From: Eledone cirrhosa
Taxonomy: Eukaryota
DNA length: 64,000 nucleotides
Reading direction: 5' to 3'
NCBI GenBank assembly: GCA_964016885.1
Contig: OZ024743.1
Location: forward strand, 3,472,001 to 3,536,000
In this document: piece by piece, positions 10,795 to 24,990 of the stretch
Position numbering within the stretch: position 1 is the first letter of the stretch
How the letters are laid out: each line of letters opens with the position of its first letter
Made by a program: the position numbers and the translations under genes
Notes under the pieces: generated by a model
The model's input: only the letters and a program-made list of their open reading frames with translations
What the model was told of the DNA's origin: nothing
Database searches by the model: none

Positions 10795-12512
10795 TGTAGC
10801 TGTGCGCCATCAACCCCGTCCCCAAGTGGCGGATAGGGGGCAATCCATTAGCATAATGGTAAACTGCGAAATAAGTCATCATCGGGTGCACGAATAATCA
10901 GTTGCGGAGAGCCTAGCGGCAGATCCCTCAGATGCGTTGACCTGAATTCTGGTACCTTCTCGTCTATAAAATGTTGCAAATAACTACGAGAGACTTGTGT
11001 CATGGTGAACCAAGGTCACCCGAAAGCCCTTGCCGCTGTCCATGAATTCGATGGTAAATCTTCATGAGATGAGTCTCACTACAATAATTGGAAGTGGTTA
11101 GCAATCTACTCCGTAAAAAAAATACACTTTAATACGAAAACAGTTCAAAGCAGTCAAGGCGAAGGTCGTCTCCCCCTAGAAACAGTATGACTGTTAACTA
11201 AGAAAGCTTCCTTGAAAAAGCTGCCACCCCGAAATCTAGAATCCTGTCGCCAAAATCTCCCACCTGCATTGGATACTGGAACGTACGAACAATGTACCAA
11301 TCATCACAACTGGCTCAAGTGGTCAAGGAAATGGATGCTTACAATTTAAACATATTAGGCCTCAGTGAGCTCCGTTTGACTGATACAGGAAAGTTTATAA
11401 CTGTTCTCAGGACGTCAAGGTGGAGTGCATCAAGTTGGAGTGGCATTTATCTTGGATAAGTCGACAAACGGAGCCCTTGAGGAGTCGACACCCATAAATG
11501 GATGACTTTTGGTGTCAAAATGTTTCACCTCACTCGCTAAAATGAGCATAATACAGTGCTACGCTCCCACAAATGTACATGAGGATACCGACAAGGATAC
11601 ATGCATTCTATCAGCAACTCCAGGATGCAGTTTACATGATACCCCGTTAGATATTGCCATCATCATGGAGGTATGAATGCCCAGACTGGAGGAATTACAA
11701 AAGGGTTTGAGCCTGTCCTGGATCCTTATGGGTTTGGTAACCGCACTGACAACGGGAATAGATTCATTCACATTTCTGTGCAATGATGATCTTTCTTTGA
11801 ACATAAGTCCACCCATAAGATCATATGGACTTCCAACGACTATAAGACAAAGACCCAATTAAATCGCTTAACTGTTTGCAAGATGTTATCGAGGCACTGA
11901 TGTCAGCAGCGATCACTAACTAATTATCGCCAAAATTCAGATCAAACTGAAGAGGCAAAAGAACAAGACATGCCAAAAGTAGAAACAATTATTACCCAGG
12001 AGGTTTGATGTCACCAAACTAAAAGACTCTAGGACAGCCAGAGATTTCGAGGCAGTTCTTCAAAACAGGTTCTCTACCTTAGAAGTCATTCTACCAGGAA
12101 CAGCAGAATGCCATGAAAGCCTAAAGAAAGCAATGACAACTGCCGGTGAAGAAATACTTGGGCACAAGAAACTCACTAGGGAAGCATGGATTAATGACCA
12201 CACCTGGTAACTAATTAAAGAAAGAAAATCTCTACATCAAAGAAAGCAGAACAATAATGGGGACCACAATGTGTTACAGAAATATATTGAAAAAGACAAG
12301 GAAATAAAACGCCGTGCTCAAAAAGACTAACATTTGTGGTTGGAGAGCCAAGCTTAAGAAACAGAGTTCAGTGTTAAAGGAAATCATATGTGTGCTGTAT
12401 ATGAGATTGACAAGAAGATGACTGGTACTTCAGAAGAAGGGTCAAGCCTGATCAATGCAAAGGATGGAGCCTAGCTTTCCAAAGGCGAAGATAATCTCAC
12501 AAGATGGGTCGG
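10795..12512 (+). mobile_element. RTE-clade LINE, 5' half (5'UTR + degraded APE endonuclease)
   Basis: CIGYWNVRTMYQSSQLAQVVKEMDAYNLNILGLSELR (11266-), IIQCYAPT, RGTDVSSDH, RFDVTKLKD. Truncated at the (CA)n tract at 12515. Confidence 0.85.
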
Positions 12513-12603
<91 letters not shown>

Positions 12604-12988
12604 ACAATAAATCAATATGTTTATTGACATTTAGAAACCTTTAGTCTGCGTGTGTTTTAGTAAATTACATAGAATGCTTAGTCAAGTAATTGACGTAATA
12701 CATGGAACTTCACAAATGTGAAGTTCCATTCTTAAAACGCCATTTTAACACGACACTTTCTCCCATTTTTCTTATACACGGTCACACAACAAATTAGATA
12801 AATAAATATAATTAGAAAAATACAAAAAAAAATTACACAAATAAAATTATGCAAGCATTGTTAATGGAATTAGCTGATGTTTTCTGAACCCCCATTGCAT
12901 GTTTCAAACATTGTGGAATGATTGTTGTTATTAATGATGTTGTTGTTACAATTGTCATTTACGTCAAGACCACTCATTCAACAGGCAG

Positions 12989-13022
<34 letters not shown>

Positions 13023-13142
13023 CTCAATAACAATATTATTATTATATATGCGCTACTGACGTAAATAAGCTTATATTTTCGAATGTTCGACAGAACAATT
13101 GAGCAGAAATTTCTAGGAAAAAGTATGTTTATCCCTGTTTGT

Positions 13143-13255
<113 letters not shown>

Positions 13256-13780
13256 ATATAACAAATAACAGTATTGTATTGCATAATATATAAATGTATA
13301 TTTGAAATGTAGTCAAAATATAAATGACTATAATGATAGTTAAAAAGAAAAAGCAGGTAAAATACCCATAGCTACAGTAAAAAAGATGACGGAGGTACCT
13401 GCAAGGGTGCCGTGGATACAAATGGTTGTGTTTAAGAATATTTAAGCCTGTAGCTTCTAAAAGACGGTAACTGGTGGTCAGGCCAAAATAAACAACAAAA
13501 CAAAAACCTATCATGGCAAGACTCTAGTATGTTTTTTTAAATACATAACTATATGGTATATGCTTTCATACACACCCATACGAAGAACCTCGTTATGTTA
13601 GTGCCACTTCTACTTACCTCAAACCAGTTAATTTCGCACTATACGCAAATGAGCTTCATTAGTCGATATTTTGCAAACTAAGAGGCTATATTGATCATGA
13701 AATTATACATACCGTTCCATTATCCAGCAAGCTGCTGAAAACACGTTGTATTGCTGAACTATTAAATGATCAAATCTTTA

Positions 13781-13961
13781 TTAATATATTAGGACTATGC
13801 GACATAATGACGCTAAAAATAGCAGCAAAAAAAAAAAACCGTCTGAAACAAACCTTTTAATTAATATTAACTCCTCTTTAATTTGTAAGTTGTTTTAGAC
13901 AGTGTTTTGGCTGTTATTTCTAGTGTCATTATAAGCCTGACGCATAGTCCTAATATATTAA
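13781..13961. mobile_element. Short fold-back element or MITE bounded by TTAA
   Basis: TTAATATATTAGGACTATGCG ... CGCATAGTCCTAATATATTAA, with imperfect inner arms. Confidence 0.6.
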
Positions 13962-13964
13962 GTT

Positions 13965-14940
13965 TAATTCTGTGGACCGAGACTGCCTGATGAAGATCTT
14001 ACAGGCTTATGGAATCCCCAAGAAGATTGTGAACCTGCTCTACACCAACACCAGAGTCCAATCATCACACCTGACGGGATGACGGAGTTCTTTGAGATAC
14101 TGGCTGGAGTGCTCCAGGGTTGTACATCGGCTCCCTATCATCGCAGTGGACTATTGTATGCGTCTTGTACTGGATAAACACAAGGACTCAGGCTTCACTG
14201 TAGTACCGGCTCAGAGCAGGAGAGTTAAGGCTAAAAAGATATCAGATACTGAATCTGGTGACGTCATAGCTGTGGTCACAAACACAGTGAAGGAGGCCGA
14301 AGGGTTGGTGAAATTGGAGACTGTCGATGAGTGTGGGACTGAGAACATTATGAATGTGGGCGAGAAGCCGCTAGAGTTGGTTGATGACTTCCTGTATCTG
14401 GGAGCAAACATTAGGAACACATAGGGGGAAGTAGGGGAGAGGAAGAGCAAAGCGTGTGTGGCGTGTCACAGTTTGAGGTCGGTGTGGATGTCGGACCTTC
14501 GTAACGACCTGAAGATCCGTCTCTTCGTCGCTACAATGGAGTCTATGCTGCTGTACAGGTCTGAGACTTGGACACTGAGCAAGAGACTCATTCAGATGGT
14601 GGGTGGGTGCTACACAAGGATGCTTAGGATGGCTCTGAACAACTCTGAGCATGAAGAACTCAGAGCTGTACGGGAGCCTTCCAAACGTCAGCTCGAAAGT
14701 GATACAGGAGACTGAGGTTAGCTGGACATGGTCACCGACATCCAGAGGTGATATTGCACTCAGTGGTCCTGTGGGAGCCACTACACGGACACACTAGAAG
14801 AGGGAGACCGAGGTTGACTTATGTTGATGCCCAAAGGACAGACACTGGTCTCTGGGAGACTCGGGACATAGCGACGTTGATGAGAGACCGCTGGAGAGAA
14901 CTCGTTCATGGATCACAGGAATTCTCTCCACTCTAATAAA
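13965..14940 (+). mobile_element. RTE-clade LINE 3' half (degraded RT and C-terminus)
   Basis: VDRDCLMKILQAYGIP, FEILAGVLQG, VDDFLYLG, ESMLLYRSETWTL, RLRLAGH, RRGRPRLTYVD. Confidence 0.85.
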
Positions 14941-14977
14941 TAATATATAAACCTGTAGAGCAAAGATTTATTAGTAC

Positions 14978-15070
14978 AGATTAAAAGTTAAAGCAAATTA
15001 TTTCTGCTTTCACCCTAAGCGGGATCATCTTAGGGTCAAAGCAGAAATAATTTGCTTAAACTTTTAATCT
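14978..15070. mobile_element. PLE pLTR fragment (family B) folded back at a hammerhead motif
   Basis: Left arm on minus reads GATGA-TCCC GCTTA GGGT-GAAAG-CAG..TTGC-TT. Right arm is its inverse. Other family copies at about 22845-22895 and 41732-41790. Confidence 0.65.
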
Positions 15071-15072
15071 TT

Positions 15073-15192
<120 letters not shown>

Positions 15193-15760
15193 AGACGCAA
15201 AATAAGAAAATTATAAAATTAACTTACTTACTAAAATATCACTTCCAACTAATTAGTTTCTGAAATGGAATAAATATATTTTCCGAAGAAAACATAGAGA
15301 ATCATTTCGTCGTCAGGGAAGACTATTCTCATCTAAGTATCCAGGCAAAGCGGGGACTCTGGAAACTTGTTCAAAAATAATTCAGTGGATAGAAAATAGT
15401 AAAAAATAGCAAAAAATAGCAAAAAAATAGCAAAAAAAAAATAACCACTTTCCACTGATTGACCTCGATGTCACGTGATTGATTCTTTTTGAATTTGCCA
15501 CCGACGCAGAGGCAGTGATTTTCTCAATGGCTAGGAATTCAGTCCACGCTTTGCTATTTTCTATCCACTGAATTATTTTTGAATAAGTTTCCAGAGTCCC
15601 CGCTTTGCCTGGATACTTAGATGAGAATAGTCTTCCCTGACGACAAAATGATTCTCGATGTTTTCTTCGGAAAATATATTTATTCCATTTCAGAAACTAA
15701 TTAGTTGGAAGTGATATTTTAGTAAGTAAGTTAATTTTATAATTTTCTTATTTTACGTCT
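15193..15760. mobile_element. Inverted pair of PLE pLTR fragments (about 210-bp arms)
   Basis: 15193-15400 is the reverse complement of 15553-15760. Each arm has an HHR motif. Confidence 0.8.
15632..15711 (+). ncRNA. Type I hammerhead motif with long stem II (inverted twin at 15242-15321)
   Basis: CTTCC-CTGACGA-[stem II region]-GAAAC-TAATTA-GTT-GGAAG. Stem I CTTCC/GGAAG, palindromic stem III. Confidence 0.7.
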
Positions 15761-15880
15761 TTCATATTATTGTTCTGCAACCCCATGCATTGAACCACAA
15801 AGTTACTAAGACAAAACCTATATATTTGCTAGCATTGATATGCATCTGTATGTATATATATATGTTACTAGATATTAATT

Positions 15881-15951
<71 letters not shown>

Positions 15952-16289
15952 TATACATACGCACACACGCACACAAATGTATATAATATTTCAACACATA
16001 CACTGTACATTTTGTTTACTTGTTAACATTTAGTTTTAACAGCTGAATGTGTTTGATGTTTAGTTTGTCACAATATTTACAACAATAGCTATACTATTAC
16101 AATATCTAACAGTAACGACGTCAGCATATGTCATTATCACGGTCGTCGTAGTAGTCGTTGTCCTCATGAAAACCACCACCAACCTTCTCCTCCTCCCTTC
16201 CCCCATCCCCATCCTCCTCATCATCATTACCACCACCGCCACTACCACCACCACCTCCATCATCAGCATCATCGTCATGGTCATCGTCG

Positions 16290-16330
<41 letters not shown>

Positions 16331-16778
16331 GACATCATCATCGATATCAACGCACCGCTTGCACTGTGACTGGGAAAATGCGATATGTCTGAACGGTTGT
16401 GACTATAGATCTCTTTAAGCTGAACAGATATGAAAAAAAAAAAAAAGTCATCTCTCATCAACCGGATCCAGTTAGAAACATTTATATTATTCCATGCCAC
16501 AATATATTATTTAAAGCCTTCCACGCCTGTTAGAATAAAGGGAGCAAATACACTCGTATTGTGCCATATTAGAAATAAACATGATAATATTGAGTTCACT
16601 AGGGTCGATTTCATCGACTTTTCCCCTCACCTAAAATTGTTGGCCTTGTGTCTAAAGTAGAAACAATTATATTTAGCGAGTACAGGCTACCACAAACACT
16701 ATTCATCACCTCTTACAAAACACAAATCATATAATCTATTCCTCTTCGAGACATATCTTATCTGGTTTATATATATAT

Positions 16779-17300
16779 ACTAGCCGAATTACCCGCGCCT
16801 TGCTGCGTTTGCCACATCTTTTTTGTAAGAAAATGATGATTGATTTTAAATCAGTGATATAATTTAGGGAGAAAAACTCTGCATTTCAATATTACTCAAT
16901 GTAAAATGTAATGCATGAACTTATGGAAAATATTATTTTTTGTAATATATCAAATCAAAATTACATTATTAAATCTTATTCTTATTTTGTTTCTTGTAAA
17001 TAATTTTTTTTAAAATATCAATTCAAAACTTTTGTGAATAGGCATCATATCGTGTCATGTACCTATGGTTTAAATTTCATATAAATCGAAGGGGAAAAAT
17101 GTTCAGCGGGGGGTTTCAGCGCGGGTTTGAGCGTCCGGGAAACCCTTTGATTGAAATGAAATATACATAAGAAATCAAATGGGCATGAGCCCCACCCGCG
17201 TGTCAAATTTCATCAAGATCAGTTTGGCAGTTTTTTTAGTTTTAGGTTCACAAACAAACACACAAACAGACAGAAATTGCCATTTATGTATATATGTATA
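16779..17300 (-). mobile_element. Non-autonomous Helitron-like element
   Basis: The ACTAG end with CCCGCGCCTTGCTGCG reads on minus as a hairpin then CTAG. AAATTTCATCAAGATC and (ACAA/ACAG)n lie near the other end, as in Lep1-like Helitrons. Confidence 0.6.
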
Positions 17301-17504
17301 TATATATATATATAATTAAGTTAAAAATGTACATCCATATATGTATACTGAAATACTAGTATGCATATGAATACACACACGTATACATATGTAGATGTAC
17401 CAAGTCTTTCACTGGTTACTTTACTGTGAGTATCCAGCTATTCTGTATGTAAACACACAGACAAACCGGTTTTTAGAGTCACACTGTATGACTGACGCTT
17501 ATTT

Positions 17505-17624
<120 letters not shown>

Positions 17625-17719
17625 TGGAAAATGTGTGAAATCCTTGGTACAGTTAGGTATATTTGAAAAAAGGAAAATAATAACTTCACTTATTTTATAA
17701 TATTATAATTTTACAATGA

Positions 17720-18030
17720 GATTTTCAAAGTTAATGCAAACATGAATTGTTAAACAAAAACCTTAATTTACTGTGCAACCTGCCCACGATGTAAATAATA
17801 CTACATTGGTGAAACAGGAACGGGTCTACATGACAGAGTTTGTGTACATAAACAACAAATTAGAGACCCCTTTGTTAGAAACACCACATGCAGTGAACAC
17901 TTCGCATCATGCGGAAAGGATAAATTTACAATTTTCCCTTCCGGAAATATAAAGAAGCATGCTTCATTAGAAAGTAAAAACTGTTACTGAACACAAAAAA
18001 ATGATATTCCATCTTCCAATAAGGGGATTC
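17720..18030 (+). pseudogene. Penelope-like GIY-YIG endonuclease fragment
   Basis: NMNC*TKNLIYCATCPRCK*YYIGETGTGLHDRVCVHKQQI...CSEHF. Confidence 0.8.
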
Positions 18031-18382
18031 TCTCTTTTTTTTTAAAAATCGCATATTGAAAAAGGAAAAATATTCAAATAGAAGTGGATGACACCCACAC
18101 TTTCAAACATTCGATCTTTAAAGAGAACAACGCTCAGAGGTATACTACCCTTAGACCAATCACCCACCCACGGTATATGTGAACTTAAATATTTGAATTG
18201 TGTGTAGATATGTATGTATGTATATGTGTGCGTATGTATGTCTGTAGGTGTACAGGTATGTGTATGCATGTGTGTATGTATGCATGTATGTATATATATA
18301 TATATGTGCATATATATGTGGATATGTGTATATATAATATATATATATATGTGTGTGTATGTGTATAAGTATATATACTTAT

Positions 18383-18420
<38 letters not shown>

Positions 18421-19283
18421 GTGTATGTGCATGTGTAAATATATGGGTATGTAAGAACTAGAATATGTATATGGGCTGTATGTATGTTTATATGTAGGGA
18501 AGTAAATATGTGAGCTAGCATGATCCGCCCCCCCCCCCCCCTCCAGCTCCCCTCCCAAACAAATATCAACAACATACATTTCTATCAACAAATATTCCAA
18601 AACTAACCTTATTTTTCTCTTTGCTGTCATCTCCTTTTGCACAACCAAATTCATCTTTAATATAGAAAATTGTTGACGTTTTTCAAGATAGTTGATTCAG
18701 CTATAAGAAAAGAAATATATATTTTTGTAAATAAGACAATAGAACCGTGTGGAAATGGAAGCACCAATTGAAACATAAGTTTTAAATCTCCAAAGCCGTT
18801 TATGAAAGTATTGAAGAAGACAAGAAAACACACTTCGATCTTCGGACGTGGAAGGGGCTCCTATCAGAAGAAACCGTCACCGAATCATCATTTTTCTTAC
18901 CTGTTGTACAAACCTGGCTGGACACAGAACACTGCAGAAACATTCTAATAGTTCTATAGAGTTATGAAATAATACATATGAATAAGCCATAGATGACGGA
19001 CATCATTAAGTAATGTCAGTTTCATGAGGAGATAAAACGCCTCCATCCTTTTGAAGGAGAAAAAAAAAAAAATCAGTATAAATCCTGGAAAACTGTAAGT
19101 CCGGTATTGAAAAAAAAAATATCACAAGGTATTGACACTATTTTCCTTTTACTTTGCTCCACTTTTCAAATTAAATGACCCGATTATGATGCAAGACTTG
19201 ACGATTTCGTCAGGTGTTATTTGCGAAATTATATAACATTGAACCCAAACAGAGAATGGAAGATAGAAAATAGAAAAATAGAA

Positions 19284-19333
<50 letters not shown>

Positions 19334-19824
19334 ATACAATAACAGAGATAGCTTAAAGCTAAACTCCGACTGGTAACCATCTCACTCAACAAACATTAGG
19401 TTATATGTTAGTATAACCCAATTTAAGTGTTTGGGGTGCTAACTATATGTATTTTGTGGAAAGCCAGTTGTATTATTTTATGAGATATAATTAAAGTTAA
19501 AATATATCTCTCTTTCCAAACAATTGTTTCATTATAAGTTTTCTACAAATTGGGAGAATGTTTCCAGTTTATGTAGAAGCCTAACATATATTCATGTAAG
19601 ATTATATGTAGGTGGGCACTTATAAATCTTCAGTGGAAGCCCATTAAATTTTGATATAAGAAAAAATTCTTACCGCAGTTAAAAATCGTGTCTGCTAAGC
19701 TGCTCCTTCACGCATCGAATGACCGCCAAATTTGAAATTTCAGCAGTCTTTTGACTGAGGAAGTATCATAGCGTCACTAAGCGGGAAAGGGAGACAACCA
19801 CGATTCACGAGAACAGAAAATAAT

Positions 19825-20210
19825 AAACACGTGGGTTAATTAGTTTTTTCAAAAACATTATCAATCCAACGTGTTAAGAACTCAATTGAAATTTAAAAAA
19901 TAAATGTATGCGTGTATTAATTACACACGCTTATAGATATTTTCTTAGGCTAAAAACAGAAGTGATACCCCAATAACGTGCCGCATCTCAAACCGTAGCA
20001 AATACAGAAAGTTACGCTTTAAAAGGCGATTGGGAATGTAAATCTCTGGCCAAATTAGGAGTAAAATATTTAATACACGCGGGTTAATTAGTTATTTCAA
20101 AACCAATATCAATTCCACGTGTTAAGAACTCAATTAATTTTAAAAAATAAATGTATGCATGTAATTATACACACATGCATATATATATTTTCTTAGGCTA
20201 AAAACAGAGA
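19825..20210. repeat. Diverged direct duplication of about 135 bp (period about 248 bp)
   Basis: ACACG.GGGTTAATTAGTT...GTGTTAAGAACTCAATT...TTTTCTTAGGCTAAAAACAGA at about 19827 and 20074. Confidence 0.8.
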
Positions 20211-20303
20211 ATATATACACACAAAGAATATATACACACAAACACAAGCATGAAAATCAATGAGGGGTGCACATATCACGTTTTTTTCACTAGAATTATT
20301 ATT

Positions 20304-20662
<359 letters not shown>

Positions 20663-21522
20663 GCAAAAATCAGAAATTCGTACTGGTGCTCTGAAATTTC
20701 GATGCATATATATATGAATGTATTTTGCTGGGCCGGCAACCGCTCTGTATGTTAATGAGTTTAAACAGCTCGTATACATAACTGGAATTCTATAAGAATC
20801 CAACTTCTATAACTGTCGGCAGAAGTGAAGGGGTATGTAGTCTTGACAACCACTTACAAGTGAGAAACTAAGTACGTGACGTAGTCACTATTTCAAAATT
20901 CATAACGAATGGTCCTCAAAATGTTTTAAAAAAACAGAGTATATTATCAAATATACTATACATACATTCATTAATATGTATATATATATATATGTGTGTG
21001 CGTGTATAAAACAAAGAGGGTGTGGTAAGATACCAGGTGGGCCATAACGCACCAGAGTACTCAATACTTAGGGTAGTCGAGTGGGTAATCGCTCACATCC
21101 GCACGGCCAAGATGTGTCTTTGCCTTCTCGTCAATATTCGCAAGTTCTTATGTTCAACATGAATTATTGACTTGATTTTCTCATTTTTTCCTCTCTTTAC
21201 GTTGCCTCACCATTCGTGTTTGTTTACCTGTCTCTCTTTCTCCACCCAACTCTTTTTATCCCAATAACTTAATTTAGTTATTGTATCACCCTAGCTTGAG
21301 GTATATGGTCTGTAATGCGAAGAAATACCTATGATAGCTAGTAGACCACTGATGACGGATATTCCTGGCTTCTATTTATAATTCTTCATTTATTATATTT
21401 ATATACACACTACGTAGCCATAATTAATGAATTTTAAACTCTACTTCGCTATTTACTACTCATCCTCACGTCCTTCAACAATACACAGATATACTTGTAG
21501 CCGGTAGAGGACTCTAGGCGCC

Positions 21523-21860
<338 letters not shown>

Positions 21861-21926
21861 ATATATATATATAAATACAAATGGAAGTTTAGTAAAATCG
21901 AAGTTTTGGCTGTGGCCAAGCTAACG

Positions 21927-21984
<58 letters not shown>

Positions 21985-22276
21985 AAAGTTATATTTAAAT
22001 TGTTGGGTTAACAACGAGTAAATATTTATAACTATATATATATATATATATATGGGCTGTCGTATTTTCCGTGGCAAACATCGGTTCCTCAAAGTCTGGT
22101 TGGTCCGACACAAGCCTTCACCACTTAAAACAACATTTTGTGAGGATAGTTCAACATCAGTTCACTTTCTCACATTTCCGCCGGTCTTTTACGGAATTGA
22201 AATGTCACATGAGTCACCGCTATCTTGAGAGTTGAACTTCTGTTGGACACTCATACGTCGGATATCGATGGGAGAG

Positions 22277-22409
<133 letters not shown>

Positions 22410-22646
22410 ATAATAATAAATGTGAAGACTAAAATCTGTTTATTAAAATCTGTTATTTTAATATACCGAATCTTCCATATCGCAAATTTTCGGTCGTTTT
22501 GGTTGATTGTAGACATATTCTACGTGTGACGGTATTTTAACGATAGTTATAGCTCTGATTTATTTGAATTATGGAGCCCTCTGCCGCTCATCTCGAATTT
22601 TGTTTATCGTGAACTCGTGCGCCGATTTTTCGATACTCGATTATTC

Positions 22647-22711
<65 letters not shown>

Positions 22712-22805
22712 GATTTACATATACATAAAGTCACAGATATATATGTGGCAACCGGGAGAGGAAATAGTATATATATTTTATCTATGATTCTAGGGCCATG
22801 ATTTA

Positions 22806-22846
<41 letters not shown>

Positions 22847-22890
22847 ATCCCGTTAAGGGTGAAAGCAGCGATTCTCTGCTTAAACTTTAA

Positions 22891-22930
<40 letters not shown>

Positions 22931-22979
22931 CATGAATTCAGACGTATGGCTGGAACAGGTAAAAGAGTAAAAGATATAT

Positions 22980-23400
22980 TTAGTTATACTATGGAAGGGT
23001 CATGCTGCCAATAAAAACACACGTACCTGTTGGTTTTCACTTATTTTAAATTTCCAATTTGGTTGGTTCGATAGCCGGATGGTTGTTCATATATTGTCAA
23101 AGCCCCCCCCCCCCCATCACACATTCTGTGACTTCTTCAGTGACTAGGTTTTTATTTTGTGTCCCTCCTTTATTCCGCCCTACACCATTTTGTTTTTGTG
23201 TGTTGTGTGCTTAGTTTGTGCATGCGTTACATCCGTGTGCGTGTGTTTATTTATTTATTTATGTGCTTATTTACTTGTCACTAGTTGGTTGTTTGTTCCA
23301 TCTGTGTGTGTTTGATTTGCTTTGTTAGTTTGGTTTTTGTGTGTCAGTATGTCTTCATTTTGTCCTTAATAACTGGTTGTGATGTTGCTATTCCACACAT
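22980..23400 (-). mobile_element. PLE pLTR fragment (family C) with disrupted HHR
   Basis: Homologous to 59115-59460. The GAAA core position is replaced by a C14 run at about 23103-23116. Confidence 0.65.
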
Positions 23401-24099
23401 GTTTTCTGTTTAATTTTGGTTGGTGTTCGTTTATGTTTGTCGCCATCTTTTCTGTGTGTGGATATAATTTTTATCTCTATGTTCTCTAATGTGCCCCTGT
23501 GTACTATTTTGTCATGTTGGTGGAGTACTGATGATTTTTCCCATCATGGAGTTCTCCCCAGTGTTCACTTATCCTTTCTTCTATGCTACGGGTTGTTTCA
23601 CCTATGCATGTTATTTCTTATTCCTACACTGTCCATCTTATGCTATGTACTACGTTCTTAGCTTTGCAGTTACTTTGCGGGCTTAGCTTGCAGACTATGC
23701 ATTGCCTATCAGTTCAGAGGGTTCTTTGAAATGGATATGTTTTACTAATTAGGGTTTTTACGGGAATACTCGGTAATTCAACTATTTTAATATTTAATTT
23801 GAGCTTGTCTAGGAGTCCCAATGTTTTTATCGATGGAGTCCCAACGTACTTATCGATGGAGTCGCAACGTTCCTGGAATTTTTTTAACATTGGAATACTG
23901 GGACCAGGCGATGGGGAAAAGATCTCAAAAACTTTCTTTAATACTAGTTCAAAAATGTAATGGCGGCAGGCCAGCCATAAAAAGGATTTTTTTCAGAGCT
24001 GCATTAATGTTTGTATTGGCTCCTTGGTGCATGTCGGTATTACTGGCGGTGATGTCGTAGGACTCAATTTTGGATCCTCAATTTTGAGTAGTTGAATTT

Positions 24100-24670
24100 C
24101 CTTCAAAACAACTTCAGCTACTTGTCGTCCGGTTCCCTCTCAATAGGAACGCACCAAGAGCTCCTGCTTTTCCTTTTCCTGTAATTAAATTTGTGCTGCT
24201 TCGGGAAGCTGATAGTAATAATTCTCCATCCCAGTGGGAGATTAACCAGTATCTGTTTGTACGTGGGAAAGCGGACAACTCGATTTCCTGAGCCATCATA
24301 TCACATCGACACATTGTGATGTGAGAAGTACTTGCTTGTTATACCAACAGTTTCTCCCGTTCCCACAACGCAGCAAGAGTGGCATCAAGATTTGGCTTTA
24401 TTTGCAATGATTTTTGTGGCGGTGCTAACTTGAAGATTTCATCATCATCATCATCATCACTAATAGCTAAGCTGGATTACGAACTTTCAAGAGATACTTT
24501 CTTAGACATTTTATTGATTTCTTCATCCTGTGTTCTTACTTTCACATCGTGAATATTCTTTTCACTCTTTTGAATGGCTCTCACATGCTCTATATCAACG
24601 CCAACCATAAATGAAGACATCCGATCTTTCTGCTGCGTCTCAAGGAAAGCTTTAGCTTTAGAACTCAACT
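24100..24670 (-). pseudogene. DNA transposase remnant (HWDG-type, hATm-like)
   Basis: AFLETQQKDRMSSFMVGVD and WLISHWDGELL resemble motifs of invertebrate hAT-related transposases. Heavily disrupted; family assignment is from memory. Confidence 0.45.
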
Positions 24671-24708
24671 AGTTTCATGAACACACACACACACGTACGC
24701 ACACAGAC

Positions 24709-24793
<85 letters not shown>

Positions 24794-24829
24794 TAAATAG
24801 ATCGATAGATACGGATAATTAAGATAAAG

Positions 24830-24990
24830 TAAGCAGGAGCTGGTGCAATAATGCGCTGGACATATTTTACGGGCAAAACCAACTGGTAGGGGACCCAGGG
24901 GTAAACCCCGAGAAAGATGGTTGGATAACATCCATGAGCTCGGCTGATCACGCTTGGGGATCCAGCCAGATAAGTTGGAAACAGTTGCTT
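24830..24990 (+). mobile_element. RTE LINE C-terminal fragment
   Basis: HILRAKPTGRGPRGKPRERWLDNI. Confidence 0.65.

Noticed and set aside
18600-19250. Possible host exon or transposase in a higher-complexity stretch
   Set aside because: No long ORF and no recognisable motif; left uncalled.
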